64,000 nt of DNA from Candidatus Undinarchaeota archaeon (GCA_964519305.1 CAZFHY010000001.1:250132-314131), one strand, 5' to 3'; positions 1 to 10,334 are shown, numbered from the stretch's first letter. Translations and numbers: made by a program. Notes: a model not told the origin generated them from the sequence alone.

Positions 1-4
1 AAAT

Positions 5-17
5 ACCGTTTATCGGT
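5..17 (+). promoter_or_regulatory. Putative TATA element inside a short inverted repeat upstream of tfb
   Basis: ACCG-TTTAT-CGGT; the TTTAT ends 25 nt before the ATG at 38. Confidence 0.4.
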
Positions 18-37
18 TTTTGGAGGGACAGTACGAG

Positions 38-1006
38 ATGGACTTGAATGCTGAAATACAGGTAATCTCTGAGTACGGTGTGAGCGAGTGCCCAGAATGC
101 GGTAGTGACAAGCTATTCCAGGACGGGAACCGTGCCGAGATCATTTGTAATAGCTGTGGGCTCGTGATCGAGGACTCGATCGTGGACTGCAGTAAGGAAT
201 GGCGCGAGTTCGATGATGAGGGCTCGGACCGACGCAAGCGTGTCGGTGCACCGCTCTCGCTATCGAGACATGACCAAGGCTTGTCCACGAACGTGGGCGC
301 CTCAGTAGCGGAGATATACAAGCTCCCCCCGAGCAAGCGCTCGCAATACTTCCGGCTCAAGAAGTGGCAAGGCCGCTTCGCCACCGCCAAGGAGCGGAGC
401 CTGAAGTACGCGCTCTCGGAACTGAAGCGCTACATATCATATCTGGACATCCCGAAGAACGTAGAAGAGGCCACTGCCCTCATCTACCGCCGCGCGGTGG
501 AGAAGGGTATGGTGCGCGGGCGCTCCATGGAGAGCCTCGTGGCCGGCGCGCTCTACGCCGCCTGCCGGCAGCACGGCTGCCCCCGCACACTCAAGGAGAT
601 ATCAGAGGTCTCCTCTATCACAAAGCGCGATATCGGAAAGGCCTACCGGTTCATCGCCCGAGAGTTCGGCATCAAGGTGCTGCCCACGTCGTCCACGGAC
701 TTCGTGCCGCGCTTTGCCACCATGCTCGAACTGAGCGGCGAGATCCAGGCCAAGGCCTTCGAGATCATCAAGGATGCCAAGGACAAGGAAATCACCTCGG
801 GCAAGGACCCCCGGGGCGTTGCCATCGCGGCACTCTACCTAGCCGCCCGCATGGAAGGCAAGAAGATGGCACAGAAGGAGGCCGCCAAGGTCGCCGGTAT
901 CACGGAGATAACTCTCCGGAACAGGTACAAGGAGCTCGTGCGTGAACTCGAGCTCTCGAACAACTCCATGTCCCGTCGCGAGCGGCGCAAGAACCGCGCC
1001 GAGTGA
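38..1006 (+). CDS. tfb: Transcription initiation factor IIB (TFB)
   Basis: Zn ribbon CPECG...CNSCGLV, B-reader EWREFD...RVGAP, cyclin repeats with RGRSMES and GKDPRG. ATG 38 chosen over TTG 20 from TATA spacing. Confidence 0.97.
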   Translation: MDLNAEIQVISEYGVSECPECGSDKLFQDGNRAEIICNSCGLVIEDSIVDCSKEWREFDDEGSDRRKRVGAPLSLSRHDQGLSTNVGASVAEIYKLPPSKRSQYFRLKKWQGRFATAKERSLKYALSELKRYISYLDIPKNVEEATALIYRRAVEKGMVRGRSMESLVAGALYAACRQHGCPRTLKEISEVSSITKRDIGKAYRFIAREFGIKVLPTSSTDFVPRFATMLELSGEIQAKAFEIIKDAKDKEITSGKDPRGVAIAALYLAARMEGKKMAQKEAAKVAGITEITLRNRYKELVRELELSNNSMSRRERRKNRAE

Positions 1007-1023
1007 CGATACACGGAGAAGCA

Positions 1024-1084
1024 TTCAAGGGAACGGACCGGGGGCAGTAACCGCCCCCGGACGATCCCTGAACCTATTTTTTTC
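1024..1084 (+). terminator. GC hairpin followed by a T-tract after tfb
   Basis: CCGGGGGC (1038-1045) pairs with GCCCCCGG (1053-1060); outer arms TTCAAGGGA/TCCCTGAA; T8 at 1077-1084. Confidence 0.6.
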
Positions 1085-1146
1085 GCACCAGCTTTGAGAA
1101 TGCACCCAACAGCAGGCTTAAGAAAGTGACTTCTTCAGATATCGGT

Positions 1147-2100
1147 GTGGGAAAGGACAAGGGGAGCACGTCCAGAGAGGATATCGCGTCGTGCGAAGGC
1201 TGTCCGCCTCGGGACAGTAGCGCCACGTACGCTATCGCTGCCGTGGCCATTGTTCTCGTGTTCCTCGCGCTCCAGGGAGGTTCGCCACCGACAGCCGTAC
1301 CAGCCGATGGTGGGTTTGAGCTCGAACTGGTATCGAAAGCACCGAGCGGCTGCCCTGGGACGAACGTCACCGTCCTCGTGAGGGTGGCCAACCGCCGACG
1401 TGAATCACTGGAGCTGAAACTCAACCTAGAAGGACGCTTGCTCTTCGCCCTTCCGCAGTCAGTTCCCCTTTCCAGCGGTGAGGAGCTGACGGTTGCAATG
1501 GAGGTCGAGCTCCCTCGCGAGGCAATTGGCAAGGTCCCGTTCACAGTATTCTGCTCTGCCCGCATGGGTACCCGGGACGTCCCCTTGGAGCTGTCCGTCA
1601 CGGACACTCTCACTATCCGCTCCTGCGGCGAGGCGACGCCCGAACCATCGACAGCGCCCTCGGCCTTTGAACTGCCACTTGAGGCGCTCATCCCGTCCCT
1701 TGCTGAGCGAAGGGCCAAGACAGCCGCGCTCCTTGCCGCTTGCGAGGTGAAGGACGACCTGTTCGACCGGGAGAACTGCATCGGTGATGCGGCCGTGGAG
1801 GCGAGGAACGTCTCCCTTTGCGATGACCTCACCATCGAAGGTCTGCGCGACTGGTGCTACTCCACGTTCTTCGCTCCCGGGGGTGATCCGTCCATCTGTG
1901 ATAACGTGGTCGGTGCCGATAACCGGGCCTTCTGCCTTGCCCTCGTCACACTGGATCCCGCTATGTGCGAGCAGGTGGAGAGCCCGCTGAACCGTAACGT
2001 GTGCATCACCAACCTCGCTCAGAACAGTAAAGATGCCAGCATGTGCGAGCGGATCAGCGATCCGACAGCACGCGCGACATGCGTCGAGACCTGCGGATAG
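1147..2100 (+). CDS. Membrane-anchored exported protein with an Ig-like domain and C-terminal Cys-pair repeats
   Basis: Hydrophobic YAIAAVAIVLVFLAL, a beta-rich domain, then repeats of the form D-x-S-x-C-x(9)-C. GTG 1147 lies 23 nt after CTTAAGAA (alternative start 1126). Confidence 0.75.
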   Translation: MGKDKGSTSREDIASCEGCPPRDSSATYAIAAVAIVLVFLALQGGSPPTAVPADGGFELELVSKAPSGCPGTNVTVLVRVANRRRESLELKLNLEGRLLFALPQSVPLSSGEELTVAMEVELPREAIGKVPFTVFCSARMGTRDVPLELSVTDTLTIRSCGEATPEPSTAPSAFELPLEALIPSLAERRAKTAALLAACEVKDDLFDRENCIGDAAVEARNVSLCDDLTIEGLRDWCYSTFFAPGGDPSICDNVVGADNRAFCLALVTLDPAMCEQVESPLNRNVCITNLAQNSKDASMCERISDPTARATCVETCG

Positions 2101-2105
2101 GAACG

Positions 2106-3173
2106 TCAGTAAGGCAGTAAGTGGACCGCCGTAGCCTTGAAAGAGGCCACTACCGACGCACCCTTTACGAGCCCAAGCTCCTCCACCGAGCGCGGGGTGA
2201 CCAGGGCCACCAGAGTGAATCCGCAGTCGAGCTCGACCTTCTGGACATGGCCCAAAGGCTCCACGGACGTGACGGTGGCGGGTAGCTGGTTCCGGGCCGA
2301 CGACTTAGGTTTGCGCTTGAGGAGGGTGACGTTCTCTGGTCGCAGGTACACGCGCACCTTGTCGTCCACAGTATGCCTGTCGGTACGCGATGCGGCCAGC
2401 TCCTTCTCGCCAACGCGGACGGTGAGCGTATGCTCGCCAACTTCCGTGATGGTACCCTCGAGACGGTTCTCCACACCTACGAAGCGCGCGACGGCCTCGG
2501 TAGTGGGGCGGGAGAACACCCCCTCCACCGTCCCGGTCTGTACCAGTCGACCTTCCATCATCACCGCTACCCGGTCGGCCAGCGATGCCGCTTCGGACCG
2601 GTCGTGGGTGACGTGCACCACGGTCACACCGGTATTGCGGTGGATGGAACGCAACAGCGCTCGCAGTTCATCACGAGTGGTCTGGTCAAGTGCCGACAAC
2701 GGTTCGTCCAGCAGTAGCACGCGTGGCTTCGCTGCCAGCGCCCGCGCCAGTGCCACACGCTGACGTTCCCCCCCAGAAAGGGTCATCGGCGAACGGTCGG
2801 CCAGGTCGGTCACACCCACGCGTGCCAAGAGCTCATGTACCGTCCGGCTAGCGTCCTCTCGGGCCAGCCCCTGTCCGAACCGAGCACCGAAGGCAACGTT
2901 CTCCAGGACCGTGAGGTGGGGGAAGAGAGCATAGTCCTGATAGACGAAGCCCACCCGGCGCCGCTCCGGCGGGAGTCTTCTGCCGTCCACACCGTCGATT
3001 ACGATCCTGCCCGCGTCGGGGGAGTGGAGCCCGGCCACCATCTCAAGCAGGAGCGTCTTCCCCGCAGCACTTGGTCCGAGCACCACCAGATACTCACCCT
3101 CGGCCACTTCCAGGTCTATGCTCTCGAGAGCGAATCCTTGCCAACGTTTGGTGACCTCACGGAGCTCGATCAT
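2106..3173 (-). CDS. wtpC: Tungstate/molybdate ABC transporter ATP-binding subunit
   Basis: Walker A GPSAAGKT, LSGGERQR, LLLDEP, C-terminal TOBE (SSARNQL...ASFKATAVH); SD AAGGAGG upstream. Confidence 0.9.
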   Translation of the reverse strand: MIELREVTKRWQGFALESIDLEVAEGEYLVVLGPSAAGKTLLLEMVAGLHSPDAGRIVIDGVDGRRLPPERRRVGFVYQDYALFPHLTVLENVAFGARFGQGLAREDASRTVHELLARVGVTDLADRSPMTLSGGERQRVALARALAAKPRVLLLDEPLSALDQTTRDELRALLRSIHRNTGVTVVHVTHDRSEAASLADRVAVMMEGRLVQTGTVEGVFSRPTTEAVARFVGVENRLEGTITEVGEHTLTVRVGEKELAASRTDRHTVDDKVRVYLRPENVTLLKRKPKSSARNQLPATVTSVEPLGHVQKVELDCGFTLVALVTPRSVEELGLVKGASVVASFKATAVHLLPY

Positions 3174-3963
3174 ATGTGAACAACCTCCTTGAGAGAACAC
3201 GCATTGTCAGGAACACGGTCAGACAGATCAGGATGAGTGTCACGGCCACCGGGCGGGAGGCCACAAGGCCGTGACCTATGTAGCGCTCGTAGATGAGCGT
3301 GGGTGCGATCATGGGGTAGTAAGCGATAATCACCACCGCGCCGAACTCCGACACACCTCGTGCCCAGGTCATCACCGCGCCCGAGAGCACGCTCCGTGCC
3401 GCCAAGGGTAGGGTGACCAAGGTCACGGCCTCCAGACGTGTGGCGCCGAGCGTGCGTGCCACGTTCTCGAGGCGCGGATCGACGGCAGCGATGCCCTCAC
3501 GAGCGGCGTTGACAAAGAACGGGAAGGATACGAAGAGCATGGCGGCGACAGCACCCGGGAGCGCGTCGACGAAAGTGATTATATCCGCCAGCGGGGCCCC
3601 GATGAGCCCATGGCGGCCCAGGACCGTTAGCAGAGCGATACCGGCCACGGTATGCGGGATGACCACGGGTACGTCGAGCACGCTCTCGACCAGTTCCTTG
3701 CCCGTGAACTCGTAGCGGGCCAGCAGGTAGGCGGCCGGGAGCCCGAAGGCCATGGCGATGACCGTGGCCACGGCCGCGCAGTACATGGTGAGCAGTATTG
3801 ACGACACCACGGCGTCCTCGACGGCTGTAGCCAACAGCCGTGGCCAGTCACCAGTAATCTGGCCCCATATCATGGTGGTCAATGGGAGCATTACGAGGAG
3901 CAGGGCCGCGGCCAGGCCGAGCCAGAGCACACCACCGAACGCCCGGTCAAGGCGCCCTCGCAT
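3157..3963 (-). CDS. wtpB: Tungstate/molybdate ABC transporter permease
   Basis: DVPVVIPHTVAGIALL, EAA-like LENVARTLGA, WARGVSEFGA. Start could instead be GTG 3993. Confidence 0.9.
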   Translation of the reverse strand: MRGRLDRAFGGVLWLGLAAALLLVMLPLTTMIWGQITGDWPRLLATAVEDAVVSSILLTMYCAAVATVIAMAFGLPAAYLLARYEFTGKELVESVLDVPVVIPHTVAGIALLTVLGRHGLIGAPLADIITFVDALPGAVAAMLFVSFPFFVNAAREGIAAVDPRLENVARTLGATRLEAVTLVTLPLAARSVLSGAVMTWARGVSEFGAVVIIAYYPMIAPTLIYERYIGHGLVASRPVAVTLILICLTVFLTMRVLSRRLFTYDRAP

Positions 3964-3994
3964 GCTCTCATCGATCCCCGCCACTGTCTTCACC

Positions 3995-5071
3995 CTATTT
4001 TTTTTCTGCCCGGACCAGCGGCCGGAGCTCCGCGGGGAGCTTTCCCGGATCGCTGGCCAGCGGCGGCATGATAGGCGGCTGCCCCAGTTCGGAGAACACC
4101 TTCTGCCCTTCCTCGCCCAAGAGCAGCTCCAGGAAATCTGTGGCAAGCTCCTTGTGAGCTGACTTGTCCGGGATGGTGACACCGTACACGATGGGCTTGG
4201 CTGTCACGACCTTCCCGGTCGCCTGCTTCAGCGAGTATTGCTTGTAGAACTCACCGTGCTCAGCCGCCCCGAGATTGATCTCCCGGGGAAGCTCGATGAA
4301 TTCGAGATGGTGCTGTACAGCGACCGAACGATAGATGAAGAAGTAGTCGATGTCACCGCTTTCAAGCGCGGCTAGGAGTTCAGTCTCCATGCTGCGGATG
4401 AGCACCTTCTTGGTGTTTGGATCGAACGCTTCGCTCTCCGGCACGACGACCACGGCATCGTTCTCAACTACAAAGGCTACATTGGAGGCAATAAGGTCCT
4501 CGAATATCTTGTCGTCCATGTAATGTGCCTCGGCCAATAGGTTGATCATGGTCGCCCTGTAGCCGCAAGGATCGTCGTTTGGATTGGAGAATCCGAACTT
4601 CACGTCCGGCCTGCGCAGGACCTCGAACCAGTTGTCGGACGTTATCTCGTCGCGGTATTTGCTCTTCTCGTTGTAGGCGATCACCAGTTCGTTAGTGGCG
4701 AAGGCCGCGTACCAGCTGGCGTGGTCCGGGATCGTCATGCTCGGGATGAGACTGTAGTCGGCCGTGGCCAGCACGTCCGGAGTCTTGCCCAGCTCGGTCA
4801 TCTTGCGCACACACTTAACGGATCCCGAGGCCTCTCGCTGGACGTCAACGCCCGGGTGCGTCGCTTCGAAGGTCTTCTCCAGAGCCTCGAATGGTACGGC
4901 AAGGCTGCCTGCGTGGTATATGCTCAGTACGGTCGTTCCCCCCGTCCCGGAGGGCGCGTCACTGGTCTCCGTACCCGGGGCATCCCCGGTACCGTTACCG
5001 GTGCATCCGACAAGGAGCACAACGGTCAGTAGGGCCACGAGGACTTCGGCATCTCGCGTTCTCATGTCCAT
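3995..5071 (-). CDS. wtpA: Tungstate ABC transporter substrate-binding lipoprotein
   Basis: Lipobox LLVGC; YHAGSLAVPF, EASGSV, FSNPNDDPCGYR and KPIVYGVTIP are WtpA motifs. Confidence 0.93.
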   Translation of the reverse strand: MDMRTRDAEVLVALLTVVLLVGCTGNGTGDAPGTETSDAPSGTGGTTVLSIYHAGSLAVPFEALEKTFEATHPGVDVQREASGSVKCVRKMTELGKTPDVLATADYSLIPSMTIPDHASWYAAFATNELVIAYNEKSKYRDEITSDNWFEVLRRPDVKFGFSNPNDDPCGYRATMINLLAEAHYMDDKIFEDLIASNVAFVVENDAVVVVPESEAFDPNTKKVLIRSMETELLAALESGDIDYFFIYRSVAVQHHLEFIELPREINLGAAEHGEFYKQYSLKQATGKVVTAKPIVYGVTIPDKSAHKELATDFLELLLGEEGQKVFSELGQPPIMPPLASDPGKLPAELRPLVRAEKK

Positions 5072-5149
5072 CTCACTAGACCCGGAGGCCGGGATGGCGG
5101 GAAAGGGTTAAGAAGTTGTGCCGGCAGGTCGCGCCCGAGGGACGTTACC

Positions 5150-6400
5150 GTGATACCCGTGGAGGACGCGCTCGCAGAGATCCTGGCCTACGTCAAAGCA
5201 CTGGAGCCGGTGGAGGTGCCCATCATCGAGGCACTTGGCCAGGTCGTGGCCGCCGATGTCGTGGCCGACACCGATATCCCTCCATTCGACAACTCGGCCA
5301 TGGACGGATACGCGGTTCGCGCCGCTGATACCAAGAATGCGCCCGTCACGCTCAAGGTCGCAGGTTCCGTAGCGGCAGGATACGTCCATGCCGACAACGT
5401 GGCTGCTGGTACAGCCGTGCGCATCATGACCGGTGCACCCCTTCCCCCTGGCGCCGATGCCGTCGTCAAGTATGAGGACACGTCAGACTTCGACCGGTCT
5501 AAGAAGGACCGACTGGCGTCACCAGCGGACGTCATCGAGATCAGGGCCGTTGTCGTCCCCCGGGATAACGTACGTCCCCACGGCGAGGACGTACATACCG
5601 GCGAGGTCGTGCTGGAGCGGGGTCGGCTGGTCCGTCCCGCCGAGGTGGGCGTTCTTGCTTCTTTGGGGAGAGCCATGGTCACGGTCCATCGACGGCCGCG
5701 CGTGGCCATTCTGGCCACCGGCGACGAACTGGTCGACGTGGACGAGCCTCTCGGACCGGGCAAGATCCGCAACTCCAACGAGCACTCAATGGCAGCGCTC
5801 GTGACCCGGACCGGCGGCGTGCCGCTTTCACTGGGTATCGCTCGCGACACCACGGACGACCTCACCGCCAAGCTCCGTGCCGCACTGGACAATGGAGCCG
5901 ACCTGGTGCTCACGTCGGGCGGCGTGTCTGTAGGCGATTACGACGTTGTCAAGGACGTGCTGGACACCGAGGGCCGGATGCGTTTCTGGCAGGTGAACAT
6001 GAAGCCGGGCAAGCCGCTAGCGTTCGGCCTGCTGGCCGGTGACGTGCCCCTTGTGGGCCTCCCGGGAAATCCGGTCTCTACAATGGTGAGCTTCGAGCAG
6101 TTCGTCCGCCCCGCCATCCTTAGCATGCTCGGTCGAACAGAACTCACGAAGCCTACGGTCAGGGCGGTGCTGGACGAGGCGGTCACCAACAGCGGTCGAC
6201 GAGGGTACGTCCGGGTGGTCGTGGAGCGGCGCGACGGGCGGTTCCACGCCCGTACGACCGGTGAGCAGGGCTCCGGTGTACTGACGTCCATGTCCCGTGC
6301 CAACGGCCTGGCCGTAGTTCCCGAGGGGACCGAGCGGGTCGAGTCCGGGGCCGAGCTCACCGTGCAGATGCTCGACTGGCCCGAAGGCGCTGGGCTGTGA
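5150..6400 (+). CDS. moeA: Molybdopterin molybdo/tungsto-transferase
   Basis: PPFDNSAMDGYA, RIMTGAPLP, TSGGVSVGDYD, MKPGKP, GLPGNPVS. Confidence 0.96.
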   Translation: MIPVEDALAEILAYVKALEPVEVPIIEALGQVVAADVVADTDIPPFDNSAMDGYAVRAADTKNAPVTLKVAGSVAAGYVHADNVAAGTAVRIMTGAPLPPGADAVVKYEDTSDFDRSKKDRLASPADVIEIRAVVVPRDNVRPHGEDVHTGEVVLERGRLVRPAEVGVLASLGRAMVTVHRRPRVAILATGDELVDVDEPLGPGKIRNSNEHSMAALVTRTGGVPLSLGIARDTTDDLTAKLRAALDNGADLVLTSGGVSVGDYDVVKDVLDTEGRMRFWQVNMKPGKPLAFGLLAGDVPLVGLPGNPVSTMVSFEQFVRPAILSMLGRTELTKPTVRAVLDEAVTNSGRRGYVRVVVERRDGRFHARTTGEQGSGVLTSMSRANGLAVVPEGTERVESGAELTVQMLDWPEGAGL

Positions 6401-6458
6401 GCGACCGCCGGCCCAGGATGGCAAACCTTTATTATATTGCACCGGGGTGCGAGGGGCG

Positions 6459-7247
6459 ATGAGGATCGGGCTTTTCGTGAAGCGCAGCGACCAAGCACGC
6501 TCTATCGCCCGCACCATCCACGACCATATGCGCAAGAAGGGGCTTGATGTCATTCTCAACGATGAGACCGCCAAGCAGCTGGATATGGAGCCTTACCCGG
6601 GTGTTCCCGAGATGGTCGTCGTAGTCGGGGGCGATGGTACTCTTCTATACGCTGAGAAGAACCATCCTGGTGTGCCGCTCGTATGCATCCGTGTCGGAAG
6701 CCTCAACTTCCTCTCGGACATCGAGATCGAGGACATGCTCCCGTCGTTGGACGCCATCCTCGAGGGTGACTTCGAGACCGAGGACAGGCTCAAGATCAGC
6801 ATATCCGGTCTCGACCTGCCTGATGCGTTGAACGAGGTCGTGCTCATGACGGTCAAGCCCGCTCATCTTATCGAGTACGAGGTGTACACCGGCAATAAGC
6901 TGATCGAGAAGGTGCGGGCCGACGGCCTCATCGTGGCCACGCCCACGGGATCAACGGCCTATGCCCTTGCATGCGGGGGCCCGGTGGTCGACTGGCGCGT
7001 GGACGCTTTTGTAGTGGTCCCCGTCAGCCCCTTCAAGCTCAGTGCCCGGCCCACGGTGGTATCCACCAAGGACCGGCTGCGTATCGTTCTCGGTAGCAAG
7101 CCCGCCACCGTTGTCGTGGACGGGCAGGAGACCGCGCTCCTACCTGCTAATAGCGAGCTCGTGCTGGAGGCATCGAACCAGCGAGCGCGGCTCATCCGGT
7201 TGGTGCGCATTAACTACTTCGAGCGCGCCCGGACCGACGTGGGATAG
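6459..7247 (+). CDS. nadK: NAD(+) kinase
   Basis: GGDGTLL, ALNE, DGLIVATPTGSTAY; TATA at 6428-6435. Confidence 0.95.
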   Translation: MRIGLFVKRSDQARSIARTIHDHMRKKGLDVILNDETAKQLDMEPYPGVPEMVVVVGGDGTLLYAEKNHPGVPLVCIRVGSLNFLSDIEIEDMLPSLDAILEGDFETEDRLKISISGLDLPDALNEVVLMTVKPAHLIEYEVYTGNKLIEKVRADGLIVATPTGSTAYALACGGPVVDWRVDAFVVVPVSPFKLSARPTVVSTKDRLRIVLGSKPATVVVDGQETALLPANSELVLEASNQRARLIRLVRINYFERARTDVG

Positions 7248-7250
7248 ACC

Positions 7251-7628
7251 ATGGATGTCCTCAACCTCACGCGGGACACGTCTCTCGGGAACAGCATCCG
7301 CCATGCGACGAGCCTCTGGCAGAACATCCGCGGGCTCATGCTCACATCGCCCTTGGACGAGGGAGAAGGCCTCATCATCGACATGGGTGGTGAGACCCGA
7401 CTGGGCATCTGGATGCCGCTGATGCGGTACGCGCTGGACGTGGTGTACGCCGACGAGCGGTTCACGGTCACAGGCCTGGCCCGCGACATCCCACCCATGG
7501 GCTTGAACCCCCGCACCTGGCGCGTATACTATCCGCAAAAGCTGTCGCGATACGCCGTGGAGGTCCCCGTGGGGACCATCGAGCGCACGGGGACCGAGCT
7601 GGGGGACACGCTGGCGTTCGAGCAGTGA
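7251..7628 (+). CDS. DUF192 family protein
   Basis: RGLM...IWMPLMRYALDVVY...YAVEVPVG pattern. Confidence 0.85.
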   Translation: MDVLNLTRDTSLGNSIRHATSLWQNIRGLMLTSPLDEGEGLIIDMGGETRLGIWMPLMRYALDVVYADERFTVTGLARDIPPMGLNPRTWRVYYPQKLSRYAVEVPVGTIERTGTELGDTLAFEQ

Positions 7629-7682
7629 TCCGTCGGCCGGTCGGGCTCAGGTTTAAATCGATTGAGCGCAAGGTTGACCTGG

Positions 7683-8423
7683 ATGGGCTCTGCCGGACGT
7701 ACCCAGCGACACATGCACGCCAGGTCCAAGTGCCGCCGTGCCTTTCGCGGTCTGGCCACTGGCGAGCTGTACGATCTGGTGCGCGGTTTCGACCGACAAG
7801 CTCGGTTCGATCCGGCGTCAATGTACACCGGACTGGTACGCTGCCTGCACCCTCTGGCCGGGCACCGGCTCCTGCGGGCCCGTACGTTCCCCGAGGAACG
7901 TCTGCGGTACGACGACGTGACCACTGCCGAGACGTTGGCCTCCAGCGACGTGCTGCTTGAACGGCTTGTGGACTTCGCTGGACGTCAGGAGGGTGGCGGA
8001 CTTCCCTCGCTGGACGGGATCGACTGGCCCGTTCTGCCCGCTGAACCGCACCTGCCCGAACTCGTCGAGGCCACCGATCCGGAATTGCCGCCGAGAGCTT
8101 TCCTCGAGGCGTTCGACCTTGCGCTCAAAGGTCTCTTCGTGAGCCATGCCACTCTCATAGAGCACGACGACGCGTGGTACGCTGACTACGCCCAACGCCT
8201 CTCCGACACAGCTTTCCTGGTGCTCACCCAATCCGATGAGGAGCTTGAGCGAGGGTTGAACGAGTTCTTCACACTGCTGTTCCTGGTCTATCCTTTCACC
8301 TGGCTCGGCGATCGCATCATTACGTGCGGTCCCCCCAGCGGGAAGGCCTACTTCGCGGACAGGTTCGTACAAGGCAATGAGAGGAACCCTTGTGCTCTCA
8401 GTCCTTCTTCACAGCGTAATTGA
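7683..8423 (+). CDS. Hypothetical protein
   Basis: Fills the gap between genes; ATG about 24 nt after TTTAAAT (7652-7658); no motif recognised. Confidence 0.65.
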   Translation: MGSAGRTQRHMHARSKCRRAFRGLATGELYDLVRGFDRQARFDPASMYTGLVRCLHPLAGHRLLRARTFPEERLRYDDVTTAETLASSDVLLERLVDFAGRQEGGGLPSLDGIDWPVLPAEPHLPELVEATDPELPPRAFLEAFDLALKGLFVSHATLIEHDDAWYADYAQRLSDTAFLVLTQSDEELERGLNEFFTLLFLVYPFTWLGDRIITCGPPSGKAYFADRFVQGNERNPCALSPSSQRN

Positions 8424-10281
8424 AGACGCCCCCGGCCTGATAGATGTCCATCTGCACCGAGAACATCGGCTGACCCTTAACGGACTTCCCCGACGCGGTG
8501 TTGGTAATTGTTCCTGTAGCTAGGTCCACCTCCAGCCCGTCGCCTTCCTTGAGGAAATCGACCGTGAGCTCGGGAGCGATGACCACAGGAATGCCGTTGT
8601 TGATGGCGTTGCGCAGCCATATCGCACCGAACGACTGTCCTACGATGCACTGGACGCCCAAGGATACGAAGCAGTCGAGCGCCTGTGCTCGGGACGAGCC
8701 CGAACCGAAGTTCCTGCCCACGACGAGGATATCATCCTTCTTGGCCCGCTCGGAGTAGTCCTTGTACCCGTCGAGGTTGTCCAGGGCGTACTGGCCCATC
8801 TGCGCCACTTCGGTAATGTGGAGGTACCGGTTGTGGAAGATCATGTCGGTGTCTATGTCGTCGATGAACACGTCACTGGACACCAGCGGGAAGCCTCGGC
8901 CCTTGAGAGTGGTCGGTTTGTCGCCCTTTGCACCGGCCACACCCTCCTTCACCTCGGTAGAACGGGGAACCGTCGGTGCGGGCGTCTTCCGTGTGGTCCA
9001 GCCATGCTTCCCGTCCGGGATGATACCGTCCAAGGCCACTGCCGGTGGAACGGTGAGCTTGCCAGCGAGCGCCGTGGCCGCCACGGTGGCCGGGCTGGAT
9101 AGGTACGTGTCACCCTTCCCCTGCTTTCCTGGGAAGTTGCGGTTCGACGTCGACACCTGCACCTCGCCGACCCCTATGATGCCCGCCTGACCAGCAGCGC
9201 ACCCACCGCACCCGGGATTATGGACCAGAGCACCCGCGTCACGGAACAACCTGATGAGCCCCTCGTCCAGCATCCGGTCATACACCTCTGCTGTGGCCGG
9301 TACGATCTTGAGCACGAACCCGTCGGCTAGCTCCTTCCCGCGCAGGATCTCGGCCGCGGCGGCCATGTCCTCGAACCGTCCGTTCGTGCATGAGCCGATG
9401 AGCCCCGAGTCCACGTGAGCACCAGCGACCGCGACCACGTCCACTACATCGGCAGGTGAGCCCGGTCTCGCTATCTGGGGTGCAAGCCCGTCCACGTCAA
9501 TCTCGATGGTCTCCACGTAGGCGGCGTCGGGGTCCGGTACGACCACGACAGGCTCGGCCGCCGAGCGACGGCGACTGAAGTTGACGACCTCTTCATTGGG
9601 GATGAGGAATGCCGAGATGGCCCCCATCTCGGTGGCCATGCTTGCGAGGGTTATGCGGCCGGCGAGCGACAGCTGGTCGATGGCGGGACCGGAGAACTCC
9701 ACAGCGCGACCCAGGGCTCCTTTGGAGCCCAGACGCTTGATGACGGCAAGGGTGATGTCCTTGGCGGACGCTGCAGGACCGGGTATACCTTTCAGGACGA
9801 CGTGCATGGTCTCTGGGACGGTGAACCATGTGCGGCCTGCGCACCACACGAACGCCACGTCAGCGTCCCCCATCCCCTGACCGAGTGCGCCCACGGAGCC
9901 CATTATATTGAGGTGCGAATCAGTGCCCACCACGATGGCGCCGGGGACCACCAGTCCCTCCTCGAGCATCACATGGCTGCCTACACCGGTGTTGACGTCG
10001 TACACCTTGATATCGTTCTCGCGGGAGAACAGGCGACAGGTCTGCTGGTTGTCCGCGTACCCGGCCGACGTGGCCGGAGCATTGCAGTCGAACGTGAAGA
10101 ATGTGCGCTCTCTATCATCAACGGGCGTATCGGCGCAGTTGGCCTGGAGGTTCTTGACGACGTTGGCGCCCCCGAAGTCCCGGGCGCTGCGCACGTCGAT
10201 ATCCATCCACACGACGTCCCCCGACGTGACGGGGTGGCCGGCGTGGGCGGCGATGATCTTCTCGATGATGGTGGAGCCCAT
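8398..10281 (-). CDS. Fused 3-isopropylmalate dehydratase/homoaconitase large + small subunit
   Basis: GTDSH, IGSCTNGR, CGGC, STSNRNF (large subunit), then a linker and DIDTDMI, GRNFGSGSSR, RNAINNG (swivel domain). Confidence 0.92.
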   Translation of the reverse strand: MGSTIIEKIIAAHAGHPVTSGDVVWMDIDVRSARDFGGANVVKNLQANCADTPVDDRERTFFTFDCNAPATSAGYADNQQTCRLFSRENDIKVYDVNTGVGSHVMLEEGLVVPGAIVVGTDSHLNIMGSVGALGQGMGDADVAFVWCAGRTWFTVPETMHVVLKGIPGPAASAKDITLAVIKRLGSKGALGRAVEFSGPAIDQLSLAGRITLASMATEMGAISAFLIPNEEVVNFSRRRSAAEPVVVVPDPDAAYVETIEIDVDGLAPQIARPGSPADVVDVVAVAGAHVDSGLIGSCTNGRFEDMAAAAEILRGKELADGFVLKIVPATAEVYDRMLDEGLIRLFRDAGALVHNPGCGGCAAGQAGIIGVGEVQVSTSNRNFPGKQGKGDTYLSSPATVAATALAGKLTVPPAVALDGIIPDGKHGWTTRKTPAPTVPRSTEVKEGVAGAKGDKPTTLKGRGFPLVSSDVFIDDIDTDMIFHNRYLHITEVAQMGQYALDNLDGYKDYSERAKKDDILVVGRNFGSGSSRAQALDCFVSLGVQCIVGQSFGAIWLRNAINNGIPVVIAPELTVDFLKEGDGLEVDLATGTITNTASGKSVKGQPMFSVQMDIYQAGGVFNYAVKKD

Positions 10282-10302
10282 GGCCGGCAGAGGCCGGTGA
10301 GG

Positions 10303-10310
10303 ATTTAAAA
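10303..10310. promoter_or_regulatory. Bidirectional TATA box shared by the aconitase and lipoate ligase genes
   Basis: ATTTAAAA centred between ATG 10281 (-) and ATG 10335 (+), about 22-25 nt from each. Confidence 0.65.
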
Positions 10311-10334
10311 CTCTTGCCGGGAGGTGTGCATCGT

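Noticed and set aside
1024-1072. Hairpin with purine bulges resembling an archaeal SECIS
   Set aside because: No in-frame UGA selenoprotein candidate is nearby, and the following T8 tract fits a terminator.
3997-4006. T homopolymer as a phase-variation tract
   Set aside because: It corresponds to the last Glu-Lys-Lys codons of wtpA, and both flanking genes are intact.
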